DNA of 64,000 bases, taken from the NCBI GenBank assembly GCA_036679605.1, contig JAZDCZ010000347.1:32001-96000 (forward strand), written 5' to 3'. This DNA is from Gemmatimonadota bacterium (GTDB lineage: Bacteria > Gemmatimonadota > Gemmatimonadetes > Gemmatimonadales > GWC2-71-9). Numbering within the stretch: the stretch's first letter is position 1; every line of letters begins with the position of its first letter. The position numbers and the translations under genes are program-made. The notes beneath the pieces were generated by a model that worked only from the letters and a program-made list of their open reading frames with translations, ran no database searches and had not been told where the DNA came from. Below are positions 19,039-29,098 of this stretch, piece by piece.

Positions 19039-21758
19039 CGGATTACCTCCTCTACGCCCTGCGGTTCGGTGGTCACACGGGGCCGTTTGGGCTTCGGCGC
19101 TTTCTCGAGGGCCTTCCTCTCCGCATCGATCGCTCGCTGACGCTCTCGATCGCCGTCAATGTCGAAGTAGAGTTTGCCATCGACGAAAGTCTTTTGCACC
19201 ACTGCAAGGTTATCTAGCGGGTGCCGATCGTAGATGACTAGATCTGCATCCTTTCCAACTTCGATCGAACCGATCGACTCGGCGACACCGAGTTGGCGTG
19301 CCGGATTGATCGTGATCAGCGAGAGTGCCTCTGTCTCCGATAGGCCACCCCACTTGATCGTCTTCGCTGCCTCTTCGTTCAGGTGCCGCATCTCCTCAGG
19401 ACTATCAGAATTTATGGACACCGTCACGCCCTTCTCGGTCATGATGGCGGCGTTGTAGGGAATAGCGTCGTATGCCTCGACCTTGTAAGCCCACCAGTCG
19501 GAAAATGTCGACGCCCCAGCACCATGTTCCGCTATCTCCTTGGCCACCTTGTAACCCTCTAGCACATGCTGGAATGTCGCGATCTTGAAGTCGAACTCCT
19601 CAGCAAGTCTGATTAATTGGAGGATCTCGTCGGCTCGGTACGAATGTGCATGCACGAGCCGCTCTCCCCGCAAGATTTCCGCAAGCGATGCCAGCTTGAG
19701 GTCACGCTGCGGCGGAAGAGCATCCTTACTCCGCGACCCGCGCGCATTGTAGTCATCCCAATCAGCTCGGTATTCCTGTGCTTCGACGAACGCTGCCCGT
19801 ATTACGTCCATCACTCCCATGCGTGTGGACGGGTAACGGTCAGGGTTACGATCGCGCTTCGGGTTCTCGCCCAACGCGAACTTGATGCCGGGCGGGGCAC
19901 CCTCGAGCAGTAGACCATCCGCGTCTGCGCCCCACCGCAACTTGATTACTGCGTTCTTGCCACCTATTGGGTTGGCACTACCGTGGAGGACGTTGACCGT
20001 CGTGACGCCGCCGGCGAGCGCGCGATAGATATTGATATCATCGGGGTTCAAAACGTCTTTGATACCCACCATCGCCGACACCGCAACGCTTCCTTCGTTC
20101 GATCCACCGGCAATGTGCGAATGGGCATCGATGATCCCCGGCATAACGAATTGTCCGGCTGCATCGATGACATTGGCACCGCGTGGCGCCGAGATGTCGG
20201 TCCCAACGGCCGCGATCTTGCCGTTGCGCACGACGACCGAGCCACCCTCGATGGTCCCGTTCGTAACGGTGATGCGGAACGACGGACCAATCAGAGAGCG
20301 TAGCTCTACATCCGAGGACGTGGATTCAGCTTCCTCTTCACCGGTCCCGGTGCTGTCATTCGCATCCTGGGCCCCACGTCGCATTGCCATTCGCCGAGGG
20401 TTCTCGTCGTCGTCGGGCTTGGACTCGAAACGCTCGCCATCGACGAACACCATCTTCACCTTCGTGTCTTCGTCCAGCAAATCACCATTCGTAACCACCA
20501 GGTTTGCGATCTTGCCTGCGTCGAGGCTACCCAAACGATCAGCCGCACCGAAAATCTCGGCTACCGACAGGGTCAGGGCGCGGATCGCGGCGTCGGCGTC
20601 GAGGCCGGCTTCCGTTGCCTTCCGTGCCGCAGCGATTACTTCGGCCGGCCGTTTGATGCCATCCGAATAAAAGGCAAAGCGCACGCCTGCTTCGGCCAGC
20701 CTGGCCGGTGTCGTGGGTGCGAGCAGTCGGAACCGAAGTACCTCTAGTTGAGTGTCGGCCTCAGGATCACCGTCTTCAGGAGCCTTTGGCCAATCGAGGC
20801 TGACCAGCACGGGCAGTTTTAGTTGTGCAAGTAGAGGAGCCACCTCATAACCGCTGTGAAGGCCGTAGATGATCGCCCTCGCGCCAATCTCGTCGGCCGT
20901 ACGGATGGCCCGTTTGATCTCGGTGGCGGTCGAAGCCGGAAACAGCAGTTGCTCTTCTCCGGAGCGAACCGCCGTCAATGGCTCGAGAGCGCGGTCGTAC
21001 GCCGGACGTTCGCGCCCCCGGGGGTCGCTCTCATACCTGGTCCAGGCCTGTGCGTAGTGCTCCGCGTCGAGAAAGATCTGCTTCACATATGCAAATGCAC
21101 CCATTAGAGATGACGGATACCCGCGGTGTCCCCGCCCACCTCTCAAGTTCATTCGGAGTGCGACCGGTGTCTTCACCACCATGTCGTTGGGCCGCTCACC
21201 CGCCAGGTCGATCAGGGCAGCATGCCCCGGAAAGAACCCTCGCTCTGGAGCGGTCACAACCGACGTAAAGCCAGCTTGGCGCCACGTCTGGAGCTGCTCG
21301 TCATCCGGCTGCAGTTGGTCGGCCGCCATCACCCATGTAAAGGTGGCTGGTCGGTCAGCAGGACCACGCGAATAGGGAGAGTCCGCCGCCTGGCCGCCAC
21401 TACCTGCCCCTCCCCCACGCGGGGTAGCTGCACGTCTCACCGCAGGCCCGCTTCCACTCGGACGGGAAAGCCCAAGTGTGGTAAGCCCGTCTATCAAGCC
21501 GGGATAGACCGTAAGGCCGGACCCGTCGATGACCCATGCATCACTCGGGACATCGACCTTCGCTCCAATGGCGGTTATGACACCGTTCTTTAGTACGATC
21601 GTCCCGTTATCGATCGTGCGCCCCGATACTGGAACGAGTCGCGCGTTCTCGATCGCGTAGTGTGAATGGCGACCTGCCTGCTGTGCCACGGCCGGTATCG
21701 GCCCGAGCAGCATGACCGCGGCAACGCACATAATCGATCTCATGCGAAGGTGAAACAT
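19035..21758 (-). CDS. Secreted double-domain amidohydrolase
   Basis: Two amidohydrolase units. The second carries PGIIDAHSH, KFALGENPK, HAHSYRADE, FQHVLEGYK and SINSDS. Confidence 0.9.
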   Translation of the reverse strand: MFHLRMRSIMCVAAVMLLGPIPAVAQQAGRHSHYAIENARLVPVSGRTIDNGTIVLKNGVITAIGAKVDVPSDAWVIDGSGLTVYPGLIDGLTTLGLSRPSGSGPAVRRAATPRGGGAGSGGQAADSPYSRGPADRPATFTWVMAADQLQPDDEQLQTWRQAGFTSVVTAPERGFFPGHAALIDLAGERPNDMVVKTPVALRMNLRGGRGHRGYPSSLMGAFAYVKQIFLDAEHYAQAWTRYESDPRGRERPAYDRALEPLTAVRSGEEQLLFPASTATEIKRAIRTADEIGARAIIYGLHSGYEVAPLLAQLKLPVLVSLDWPKAPEDGDPEADTQLEVLRFRLLAPTTPARLAEAGVRFAFYSDGIKRPAEVIAAARKATEAGLDADAAIRALTLSVAEIFGAADRLGSLDAGKIANLVVTNGDLLDEDTKVKMVFVDGERFESKPDDDENPRRMAMRRGAQDANDSTGTGEEEAESTSSDVELRSLIGPSFRITVTNGTIEGGSVVVRNGKIAAVGTDISAPRGANVIDAAGQFVMPGIIDAHSHIAGGSNEGSVAVSAMVGIKDVLNPDDINIYRALAGGVTTVNVLHGSANPIGGKNAVIKLRWGADADGLLLEGAPPGIKFALGENPKRDRNPDRYPSTRMGVMDVIRAAFVEAQEYRADWDDYNARGSRSKDALPPQRDLKLASLAEILRGERLVHAHSYRADEILQLIRLAEEFDFKIATFQHVLEGYKVAKEIAEHGAGASTFSDWWAYKVEAYDAIPYNAAIMTEKGVTVSINSDSPEEMRHLNEEAAKTIKWGGLSETEALSLITINPARQLGVAESIGSIEVGKDADLVIYDRHPLDNLAVVQKTFVDGKLYFDIDGDRERQRAIDAERKALEKAPKPKRPRVTTEPQGVEEVIR

Positions 21759-21897
21759 ATCGCTACTCCAATCTCAAGTGGCGGCGGGATTTGCTGAACT
21801 AGAGTTTTCTATTGAGCTAAAGGTATCATCGGGACGGCAATGTGCGAGTGGCGAGATGCCGGGCGAACTCATTCGGCCTACTTTTCCCGCTTCCCGG

Positions 21898-23577
21898 CTA
21901 CTTGTTAATCTTCCCCCACGTATCCCTCAGACTCACAGTCCGGTTGAACACCAACGCACCGGCCTTGGAATCGACCGGATCGCTGATGAAATACCCCCGC
22001 CGCTCAAACTGATATCGCGTGCCCGGTGCGTCATTTGCGACGCTTGGCTCAATGCGACTGCCATTCAGGACCACACATGACTCGGGATTCAGATAATCAG
22101 TGAATTCCTTGCCATCGTCCGTGGCCTCCGGGTTGGGCACCGTGAAGAGTCTGTCGTACAGGCGCAGTTCGGCTGGCAGTGAGTGCGACGCGGACACCCA
22201 GTGGATGGTCCCCTTTACCTTCCGACCGTCCGGTGTGTTCCCGCCACGCGTCTCGGGGTCGTACGTGCAGTGTACCTCTACGACATTGCCCGCTTCGTCT
22301 TTCACGACGTCAGTGCACGTAACGAGATATCCGTAGCGCAAACGCACCTCCCGCCCTGGAGCTAGCCGGAAAAACTTTCGTGGTGGATCCTCCATGAAGT
22401 CGTCGCGTTCGATGAATATCTCGCGTGTGAATGGAATCCTGCGCGAGCCCTCTTTGGGTACGTCTCGCGGAAAATACGGCGCGTCCAGCTCCTCTGTCTT
22501 ACCCTCGGGATAGTTCGTGATCACTACCTTGAGCGGCTGCAACACACACAGCACACGCGGCACCTGCATGTTCAAGTCGTCACGGATCGCATGCTCCAGC
22601 TTGGCTATATCCACCCGGCTGTCGGTACGCGCAACACCGATGGTATGGCAGAAGTTGCGAATGGCCTCAGGTGTCACACCGCGTCTGCGCAAACCGGCGA
22701 TGGTGGGCATACGCGGATCGTCCCAGCCTGACACACGCTTGTCCTGCACCAACTTCAGCAGTTTGCGTTTGCTCAGGACGGTGTAGTCGAGATTGAGACG
22801 CGCGAACTCGGTTTGTTCCGGAGGACGGTCGAAGCCGACTGCCCTCACCAACCAGTCGTATGGTTCACGGTTGTCCTTGAACTCGATACTGCAAAGCGAA
22901 TGCGTGATACCCTCGATTGCGTCGGAGAGGCAGTGCGCAAAATCGTACAGCGGATAGAGACTCCACTCGTCGCCACGGCGGTAGTGACGGGCATGCCTTA
23001 TCCGTAGGAGCAATGGGTCGCGCATTACCATATTGGCATGACCCATGTCGATCTTCGCCCGCAACACATGGGAACCGTCCGGAAGCTCGCCGCCCCGCAT
23101 TGCCTCCAACAGGGCAAGATTCTCCTCGACTGACCGGTCACGATTAGGGCTGTTGAGTCCCGGCTCAGTTACTGTACCCCTATACTTGCGAATCTCCTCT
23201 TCATTCAGGTCATCGACGTACGCATTACCGTCCTTGACCAGCTTGATGGCAAAGTCGTAGAGTTTTTCGAAGTAGTCCGAGGCATGGTGTTCCCGATCGT
23301 ACCAATCGAACCCCAACCACCGTATGTCTTGCTTGATCGCATCCACATACATCACATCTTCTGTGTGCGGATTGGTGTCGTCGAATCGAAGATTGCACAC
23401 ACCTCCAAACTCAGCGGCGACTCCAAAGTTGAGGCATATTGACTTGGCGTGTCCAATATGCAGATAGCCATTGGGTTCTGGCGGAAACCGCGTCGTCACC
23501 GGCCTACCGTACTTGCCTGATTCTACGTCGCGAGTGATCATCGCGCGTATGAAATCCATGCCTCTCGTATCGACCAT
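21898..23577 (-). CDS. glnS: Glutamine--tRNA ligase
   Basis: TRFPPEPNGYLHIGHAKSICLNFG, LRFDDTNP, YPLYDFAH, ITHSLC..EF, VLSKR, WDDPRMPTI.GLRRRG, KVKGTIHWVSA and QFERRGYF. Confidence 0.97.
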   Translation of the reverse strand: MVDTRGMDFIRAMITRDVESGKYGRPVTTRFPPEPNGYLHIGHAKSICLNFGVAAEFGGVCNLRFDDTNPHTEDVMYVDAIKQDIRWLGFDWYDREHHASDYFEKLYDFAIKLVKDGNAYVDDLNEEEIRKYRGTVTEPGLNSPNRDRSVEENLALLEAMRGGELPDGSHVLRAKIDMGHANMVMRDPLLLRIRHARHYRRGDEWSLYPLYDFAHCLSDAIEGITHSLCSIEFKDNREPYDWLVRAVGFDRPPEQTEFARLNLDYTVLSKRKLLKLVQDKRVSGWDDPRMPTIAGLRRRGVTPEAIRNFCHTIGVARTDSRVDIAKLEHAIRDDLNMQVPRVLCVLQPLKVVITNYPEGKTEELDAPYFPRDVPKEGSRRIPFTREIFIERDDFMEDPPRKFFRLAPGREVRLRYGYLVTCTDVVKDEAGNVVEVHCTYDPETRGGNTPDGRKVKGTIHWVSASHSLPAELRLYDRLFTVPNPEATDDGKEFTDYLNPESCVVLNGSRIEPSVANDAPGTRYQFERRGYFISDPVDSKAGALVFNRTVSLRDTWGKINK

Positions 23578-23579
23578 GC

Positions 23580-24977
23580 CTACTTCAGCACCTTTCCGAA
23601 GAACTCTTTCACCTCTGGCACACCACCCTGTAACACGACATAACCGTCGTGTGGTTCGCGATCAGTTATTTCACCGGCGACGGCGGTTGTCATCAACCGG
23701 CGCACCTCGTCTGGACTATCTGGATGTACTCCCAACGCCCAGCCGAGCTTGATATACGCAACTTCCGGCAGCATGTTCGCCAGCGGCACCACCCCTAACT
23801 GCAGTATCTCGCGTCCAGTCTCGTAAACGTGCATCTGCACAAACCCCCACAGAGTCTGCAACGTCATGTATATCTGCACACCTGCGTTCCGTGCTCTCTC
23901 AAGCGCTGGATACATCGCGCGATTTACGTGGCCCAAGCCCGTACCAGCTAATACTATTCCCTTATATCCGCAATCGATCAGCGCGTCGATCACATCAGCC
24001 CGCATTCCCGGGTAGTAGTATGTTAGTGTTACCATATCATCGAATACTGCCTTGATCTCTACCTCAGTGTCGTCACGCCGCGACGCGCAGTCATCTTTTA
24101 GCTGCGTGATCTGCCCCTCCTCTACCATCGCCAGCGGAATGTCGCCCACTGTACGGAAGGTACTTCGGTAGGAACTGTGCATCTTGCGCACACGAGTTCC
24201 GCGGTGCAACAGGTTGTAACAGTCGGAGGTGGGACCGAACATGCACACCATCACCTCGGCGATCGGTCCGTGTGCGGCAGTCCATGTAGCGTTGATCAGA
24301 TTGAGCGCTGCGTCAGATGAAGGGCGGTCAGACGAGCGCTGGCTACCGACGAGAACTACGGGCACAGGAGGCCGCTGGATCATGAAACTGAGCGCTGCCG
24401 ATGTATGATGCATGGTATCCGTACCGTGACCGATCACAACCCCGTCATATCCCGCACGAATCGCTTCTCCAACCCGCTCGGCCACAATCAGATATTGTTC
24501 CGACCCCATGTTTTCCGAGAATACGCCAAACAATTTCTCGGTCTCCAAGTTGCAGATGTCCGCCAGCTCGGGAACCGAGCCATACAGTTCGCCCGGTGTG
24601 AACGCCGGGATCACTGCACCCGTTCTGTAGTCCAACCGCGAGGCGATCGTACCACCCGTCCCGAATAGTTTGACTCGCGGATGCGTCGGATCGAATGGAA
24701 ACTCCTTCTCAGGAATCTTGTAGTTGGCCTGACGGTACCCCAACTCCTCCACCGACTGCACACCGTCGTACCGAACTCCTATGTTGTAGCCGCTCGTCAG
24801 CTTGAGTACAATGTGCAACTCGTCGCTGGTTTCGGAGCGAGGCAACACCAGACCCTCAAACTCACCGCTCGAGGTTCGGATCCTCACCTCACTCCACACT
24901 CCGAAGTTAAGCCTCTTCATGAGATCCAAACATGGGCCGCGATACCCGCGGTAACGCTCCGTAGCAGCAGTGCTCAC
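23580..24977 (-). CDS. gatD: Glu-tRNA(Gln) amidotransferase subunit D (archaeal type)
   Basis: GTG start at 24977 overlaps the gatE stop (GTGA). GatD-specific N-terminal domain (EGLVLPRSE..HIVLKLTSGYNIG), then asparaginase-like motifs GTGGTIASRLDYRTGAV, HGTDTM, GSQRSSDRPSSDA, RGTRVRKMHSS and GTGLGHV. Confidence 0.93.
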   Translation of the reverse strand: MSTAATERYRGYRGPCLDLMKRLNFGVWSEVRIRTSSGEFEGLVLPRSETSDELHIVLKLTSGYNIGVRYDGVQSVEELGYRQANYKIPEKEFPFDPTHPRVKLFGTGGTIASRLDYRTGAVIPAFTPGELYGSVPELADICNLETEKLFGVFSENMGSEQYLIVAERVGEAIRAGYDGVVIGHGTDTMHHTSAALSFMIQRPPVPVVLVGSQRSSDRPSSDAALNLINATWTAAHGPIAEVMVCMFGPTSDCYNLLHRGTRVRKMHSSYRSTFRTVGDIPLAMVEEGQITQLKDDCASRRDDTEVEIKAVFDDMVTLTYYYPGMRADVIDALIDCGYKGIVLAGTGLGHVNRAMYPALERARNAGVQIYMTLQTLWGFVQMHVYETGREILQLGVVPLANMLPEVAYIKLGWALGVHPDSPDEVRRLMTTAVAGEITDREPHDGYVVLQGGVPEVKEFFGKVLK

Positions 24978-26977
24978 GATACCGCCTCTGGCGCCGGTTC
25001 CATTACAACCGCTTCGAGCTTGGTGCGGACGATCATTGGATCCACTTTGCCCAAGAACTTCGGCATGACCTGTCCCATGGCCCAACGAACTAGAGTAGTG
25101 GTTGACCGACCCGGCATCGCCAAAATATCGGTTGCTACATTTCGAACCGCCTCCTCCAACCTATCATCGTCGTCAGTATTACCGCTGTGTCTCAGGATGA
25201 TCTCATCTACCGACACAGCCGGTGAACTGATCGCCATATCGATGAGTCGGTCCAGTGCTTCAATACGAGTCTCGCCGCGCTCAATCGCCCGGACTAGCGG
25301 TCGCGCGCGCTCCGGATCGGGGAGGCCTTGCGGCCTGCCCGCACGCCAGTGGAACGGAAGCCGTTTCGCCAAGGATGCGGCAAGGCGGCGAGCTACGATG
25401 CCGGACTCCGGCTCCACATCATCGAATAGGTCGGCCCACGACGCACGCGCCAGCCGTCTGGCCGAGTCCGCGGTCAGACCCAACTCCATGTAACGACGCT
25501 CCCGCGCCCAAGGAGTTTCGGCTAGCGCGACACGAATAGTTTCTACCAATGAATCTTGAATCGGCAACGGAGGTGTATCGGTGTCCGGATACATCCGCTC
25601 CGCACCCGGAAGAATGCGCTCGAATCCCGTTGTTCCATCAGCATTGGCCTGCCTGGTCTCCGCCGGTACACCGATCAGCGCGTCCGTCGCACGTAGCAAC
25701 ACCTCACGCGCCGCGATCGCTGTATCACGCTCGCTTCCCCAAAGCAGCACTATCGCATCACTACTGTCACCCTTCATTGATTTGCGCAGCTTACTCCACC
25801 TTGATTCAGTCAACATGCTATCGTCGGAATGTGTCATGAACGGCCGGTGGATCGGGCACCCGATCACACGCACTCGCTCGCTCAACTCGTGCGCGAAGTT
25901 TAGTCTCGGCTGTGTGGCATGCGAGAGCAACCCCCCAAAGCCTGGAAGACGTACTGCGCACGCAGTTTCATCTCGATTTACAGCGAAAAGGGTGCGCTCC
26001 ACCAGCTCGGACGCCTCCCACGGTAGACCTTCGTCCGGAATCTCGAGGAGATCGCGCGTTACACCTCGGTGGTCGAGTTCGTTCTTGATTCGCAAGAGGT
26101 TGAGTTGCCGCTGTGCCTCGATGTGAACCAATTGCGGCAGCCTGCGATGGTATGACACCCCCTTGATTTCGACTCTCCGCCCGCCGGCGATGGACACGTT
26201 CACGTCTTGCCGAGCGGCACCCGGCCCCCGTCTTATTTTCCCGGTCGCCCTTGCCACCTCGGCGAGCAACTGCCCTGCCGCCTGTACCTCCAGCGGCGTG
26301 TACAACTCAGGCTCGGTAACGATCTCGGTGAGCGGCATCCCAAGCCTATCCGTGCGGAACGTTATGCGGTGACCGACATCCGAAACTTCGCGACACGAAT
26401 CTTCCTCTAGCGACAGTTGCCGAAGGTGCAGCTCACGGTCGACTCCAAGTTCTGGAATGGTCAAGGGAATAGCGCCACCCAGTGCCACCATCGCGGTCCG
26501 CTGAAAGCCCGTGGGGATCGAACCGTCGAGATACTGTTTGCGCATGACGTGTAGTTCGGACACGAGATTCATCCCCAGCACTTCCGCTAGTTCGATCGCA
26601 ATCCGCACTGCTTCATCGTCGATCTCGAACGGAGGCGTGTCGTCGATCTCATAGGTGCATACCGTTCCGCGTTCCAGCAGGTACACTATTTCCTTTCGCG
26701 TCTTGAACTCCATGAGCGCGGTGCCATCATACTCGCCGAGTTCGCTCAATGTCGGCCGCATGTGGCGAAGAACCTCAGCATCGTGATGGTCGACGTATTG
26801 ACCGGCCGGACAGCGGCAGAACAGCTTGGACCTGGTGAGGAGCTGCTGGTGAACCTCGAGCCCAGCCATGAATCCCAGCGTGTCGTAGTCCGCCCGATCC
26901 AACTCGCCATATTCCTTAATAGGGAAGTCGAGCGCAGGGTCCCGACGGGGGTTCAGTTCTCTCACAATCGTGGTCAT
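24974..26977 (-). CDS. gatE: Glu-tRNA(Gln) amidotransferase subunit E (archaeal type)
   Basis: GLEVHQQL, KLFCRCP, RPTLSELGEYD, MRKQYLDGSIPTGFQRTA, LEEDSCR, DRLGMPL.EI.TEP, RQDVNVSI.GG.RVEIKGV, a long insertion domain and GVPAETR..DGTT.F.R.LPGAERMYP.TD. These match GatE rather than GatB. Start placed at ATG 26977. Confidence 0.93.
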   Translation of the reverse strand: MTTIVRELNPRRDPALDFPIKEYGELDRADYDTLGFMAGLEVHQQLLTRSKLFCRCPAGQYVDHHDAEVLRHMRPTLSELGEYDGTALMEFKTRKEIVYLLERGTVCTYEIDDTPPFEIDDEAVRIAIELAEVLGMNLVSELHVMRKQYLDGSIPTGFQRTAMVALGGAIPLTIPELGVDRELHLRQLSLEEDSCREVSDVGHRITFRTDRLGMPLTEIVTEPELYTPLEVQAAGQLLAEVARATGKIRRGPGAARQDVNVSIAGGRRVEIKGVSYHRRLPQLVHIEAQRQLNLLRIKNELDHRGVTRDLLEIPDEGLPWEASELVERTLFAVNRDETACAVRLPGFGGLLSHATQPRLNFAHELSERVRVIGCPIHRPFMTHSDDSMLTESRWSKLRKSMKGDSSDAIVLLWGSERDTAIAAREVLLRATDALIGVPAETRQANADGTTGFERILPGAERMYPDTDTPPLPIQDSLVETIRVALAETPWARERRYMELGLTADSARRLARASWADLFDDVEPESGIVARRLAASLAKRLPFHWRAGRPQGLPDPERARPLVRAIERGETRIEALDRLIDMAISSPAVSVDEIILRHSGNTDDDDRLEEAVRNVATDILAMPGRSTTTLVRWAMGQVMPKFLGKVDPMIVRTKLEAVVMEPAPEAVS

Positions 26978-27098
26978 CGCGGTTGGAATAATAGCGCCGC
27001 CGGCATCGAAAGGCAGGCGGCCCCTCACGTTGACCCACGCACCCCCGCGTCGTACGTTTCGCCCCCACTAGAGAATACGACCCCTTGAAGAGAGATCC

Positions 27099-28409
27099 AT
27101 GACCCAAGTTCGTGTGCGGTTCGCACCATCGCCAACCGGCTTCTTGCATGTGGGTGGGGCCCGGACCGCCCTGTTCAACTGGCTCTACGCCAGAAAGACC
27201 GGCGGCAAGTTCCTCCTCAGGATAGAGGACACAGATCGGCAGCGATCATCAGACGAGCATGTCCAAGTAATTCTGCAGGGACTCGAGTGGCTGGGCCTGG
27301 ACGTGGACGAAGACATTGTCTTTCAAGGGGCGGGAATCGAACGTCATAGGCAACTCGCAGACCGCCTTCATGCCGAGGGCATGGCCTACGAGGATGATGG
27401 GGCGCTACGGTTCCGCATGCCCACCGACGAGATCGTGTGGGATGACGCAGTTTACGAGCGTATCAGCTTCAAGGGCTCGGACATAGAAGACTGGGTAATC
27501 CTACGGTCCAACAGGACACCTACCTATAACTTCACGGTAGTGGCCGACGACCTGGAGATGGGCATCACTCACGTAATGCGCGGTGACGACCATCTCTCTA
27601 ATACTCCAAAGCAGATCGCCGTATATCGAGCGCTGGGACACGAGCCGCCGGTGTTCGTGCACCTACCAATGATCCACGGTCCCGACGGCAAAAAGATGTC
27701 GAAGCGCCACGGCGCTACCGCAGTTGGTGAGTACCGTGCACTCGGCATCCTACCGCCCGCCATGCGAAACTTCCTAGCGCTGTTGGGCTGGAACCCAGGC
27801 GATGATAAAGAACTGTACTTCACGACCGAGGCGCTGATCGATGCGTTCTCGCTCGAACGCGTTCAGAAGAAGGCCGCGATCTTCGATATGACAAAGCTAG
27901 AGTGGATGAATGGACAGTACATGAGTCAGTCGCCGCCGGAGGACCTTCAACCGCTTATCGAGTCGGGATTGAAGGATCACGGAGTCGATAGTACCACTAT
28001 CGAACGCGCTCGCTTGCTGCGCGCGATCGAGGTGACCGCCGAGCGCGCCCGCACCACGATAGACCTGGCCAAACGCGTCGCGGTGCGGTTCAATCCCGAT
28101 CTTATCGTGCACAAAGACCCCAAGGCCCACAAGCTGATTACAAACGATCCTGACGGATTCCGGATGGCGCTCCGTGCCGCCGCCGAGCGGTTGACCGCAT
28201 TGAGCGATGACCGGTGGGAGCCCACAAAATTGGAGACCGAATTGCGAGCACTTGCGGAGGAGCTGGGATTGGGTGTCGGCAAGGTATTTCAGCCGATCCG
28301 CGTCGCTATTACCGGAGAGACCGTTTCCGAGCCGGTGAATTTTCTATTGGAAGTGGTTGGAAAAGAAGAGAGTCTCAGACGGATGGCGGCGGCACAGGAC
28401 TGGTGCTAG
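27099..28409 (+). CDS. gltX: Glutamate--tRNA ligase (bacterial type, short form)
   Basis: RVRFAPSPTGFLHVGGARTALFN, LLRIEDTD, PTYNF.VV.DD..MGITHVMRGDDH, KMSKRHG, helical anticodon-binding domain; 436 aa. Confidence 0.95.
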   Translation: MTQVRVRFAPSPTGFLHVGGARTALFNWLYARKTGGKFLLRIEDTDRQRSSDEHVQVILQGLEWLGLDVDEDIVFQGAGIERHRQLADRLHAEGMAYEDDGALRFRMPTDEIVWDDAVYERISFKGSDIEDWVILRSNRTPTYNFTVVADDLEMGITHVMRGDDHLSNTPKQIAVYRALGHEPPVFVHLPMIHGPDGKKMSKRHGATAVGEYRALGILPPAMRNFLALLGWNPGDDKELYFTTEALIDAFSLERVQKKAAIFDMTKLEWMNGQYMSQSPPEDLQPLIESGLKDHGVDSTTIERARLLRAIEVTAERARTTIDLAKRVAVRFNPDLIVHKDPKAHKLITNDPDGFRMALRAAAERLTALSDDRWEPTKLETELRALAEELGLGVGKVFQPIRVAITGETVSEPVNFLLEVVGKEESLRRMAAAQDWC

Positions 28410-28449
28410 GTGGGGCTACTGTTGGGCCGCACTGGGATAGCTCCCGCAT

Positions 28450-28839
28450 CTACAAGATCTGCCGTGTCACCATTTTCCTGCGGCACTGGGTACAGTGAAT
28501 TCGGCGCATCGCAACACCCTGCCTGACGATAGCAGGGCCCAGCATAAGATTACCCTCGCATTCCGGACACCAAACCCCCGCTCCGGGATGCGACATCATA
28601 CGCCGTACCAGAGACGCCGCCTCCAAAGAGTATATAGCCTGGGGCGGGCGTCTTCGCTCCGGCGAAGCGCGTCGATCCTGAACATTTCGGCGCTCGGCCA
28701 CCACAGCATGCTGAGCCGTGACTTCACCACCGCGTCGATCTAACGCATGGCGGCGGTCGTCTGAGGATCGGATGTCTCGAATAAACCTGCGCACTGCACG
28801 GCCCTGTAGTTCCTCGAGCAACTCATTCACTGGATGCAA
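28450..28839 (-). CDS. Hypothetical protein with Arg-rich DRR/ERR repeats and C-terminal zinc ribbon
   Basis: GGAG upstream of a TTG start; CPEC...CTQC. Confidence 0.6.
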   Translation of the reverse strand: MHPVNELLEELQGRAVRRFIRDIRSSDDRRHALDRRGGEVTAQHAVVAERRNVQDRRASPERRRPPQAIYSLEAASLVRRMMSHPGAGVWCPECEGNLMLGPAIVRQGVAMRRIHCTQCRRKMVTRQIL

Positions 28840-29098
28840 GATTCACTCCTGTCGTGCCTGCATTTAGCTTGATCCCAAACCCGGTGCGATCGAACGTGGC
28901 TGCATATAGTAACGAAAATACAGGTCCTCCCAATAGCATGTGGCCTGGAGTTGAGATGTTGCCGAGATGAAAAGTGTACTGGAAGCGGCCAGGGCGCCAC
29001 CTATTGGAATTCCTGGATCGGTGTGTGCGTGACGACTGCAGCCATTCCCAGCCTCAGGCCAGGAACGGCGTTCTCAAGTACGCGCCTCTTCGGACTGG

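Noticed and set aside
20255..20300. Possible short in-frame deletion at the start of the second amidohydrolase domain (GPSFR|ITVTNGTI lacks an 'I.NAT' strand)
   Set aside because: Based only on recalled family patterns; it cannot be supported without an alignment.
23580..24977. Plain L-asparaginase annotation
   Set aside because: It has the extra GatD N-terminal domain and SSDRPSSD motif and is translationally coupled to gatE.
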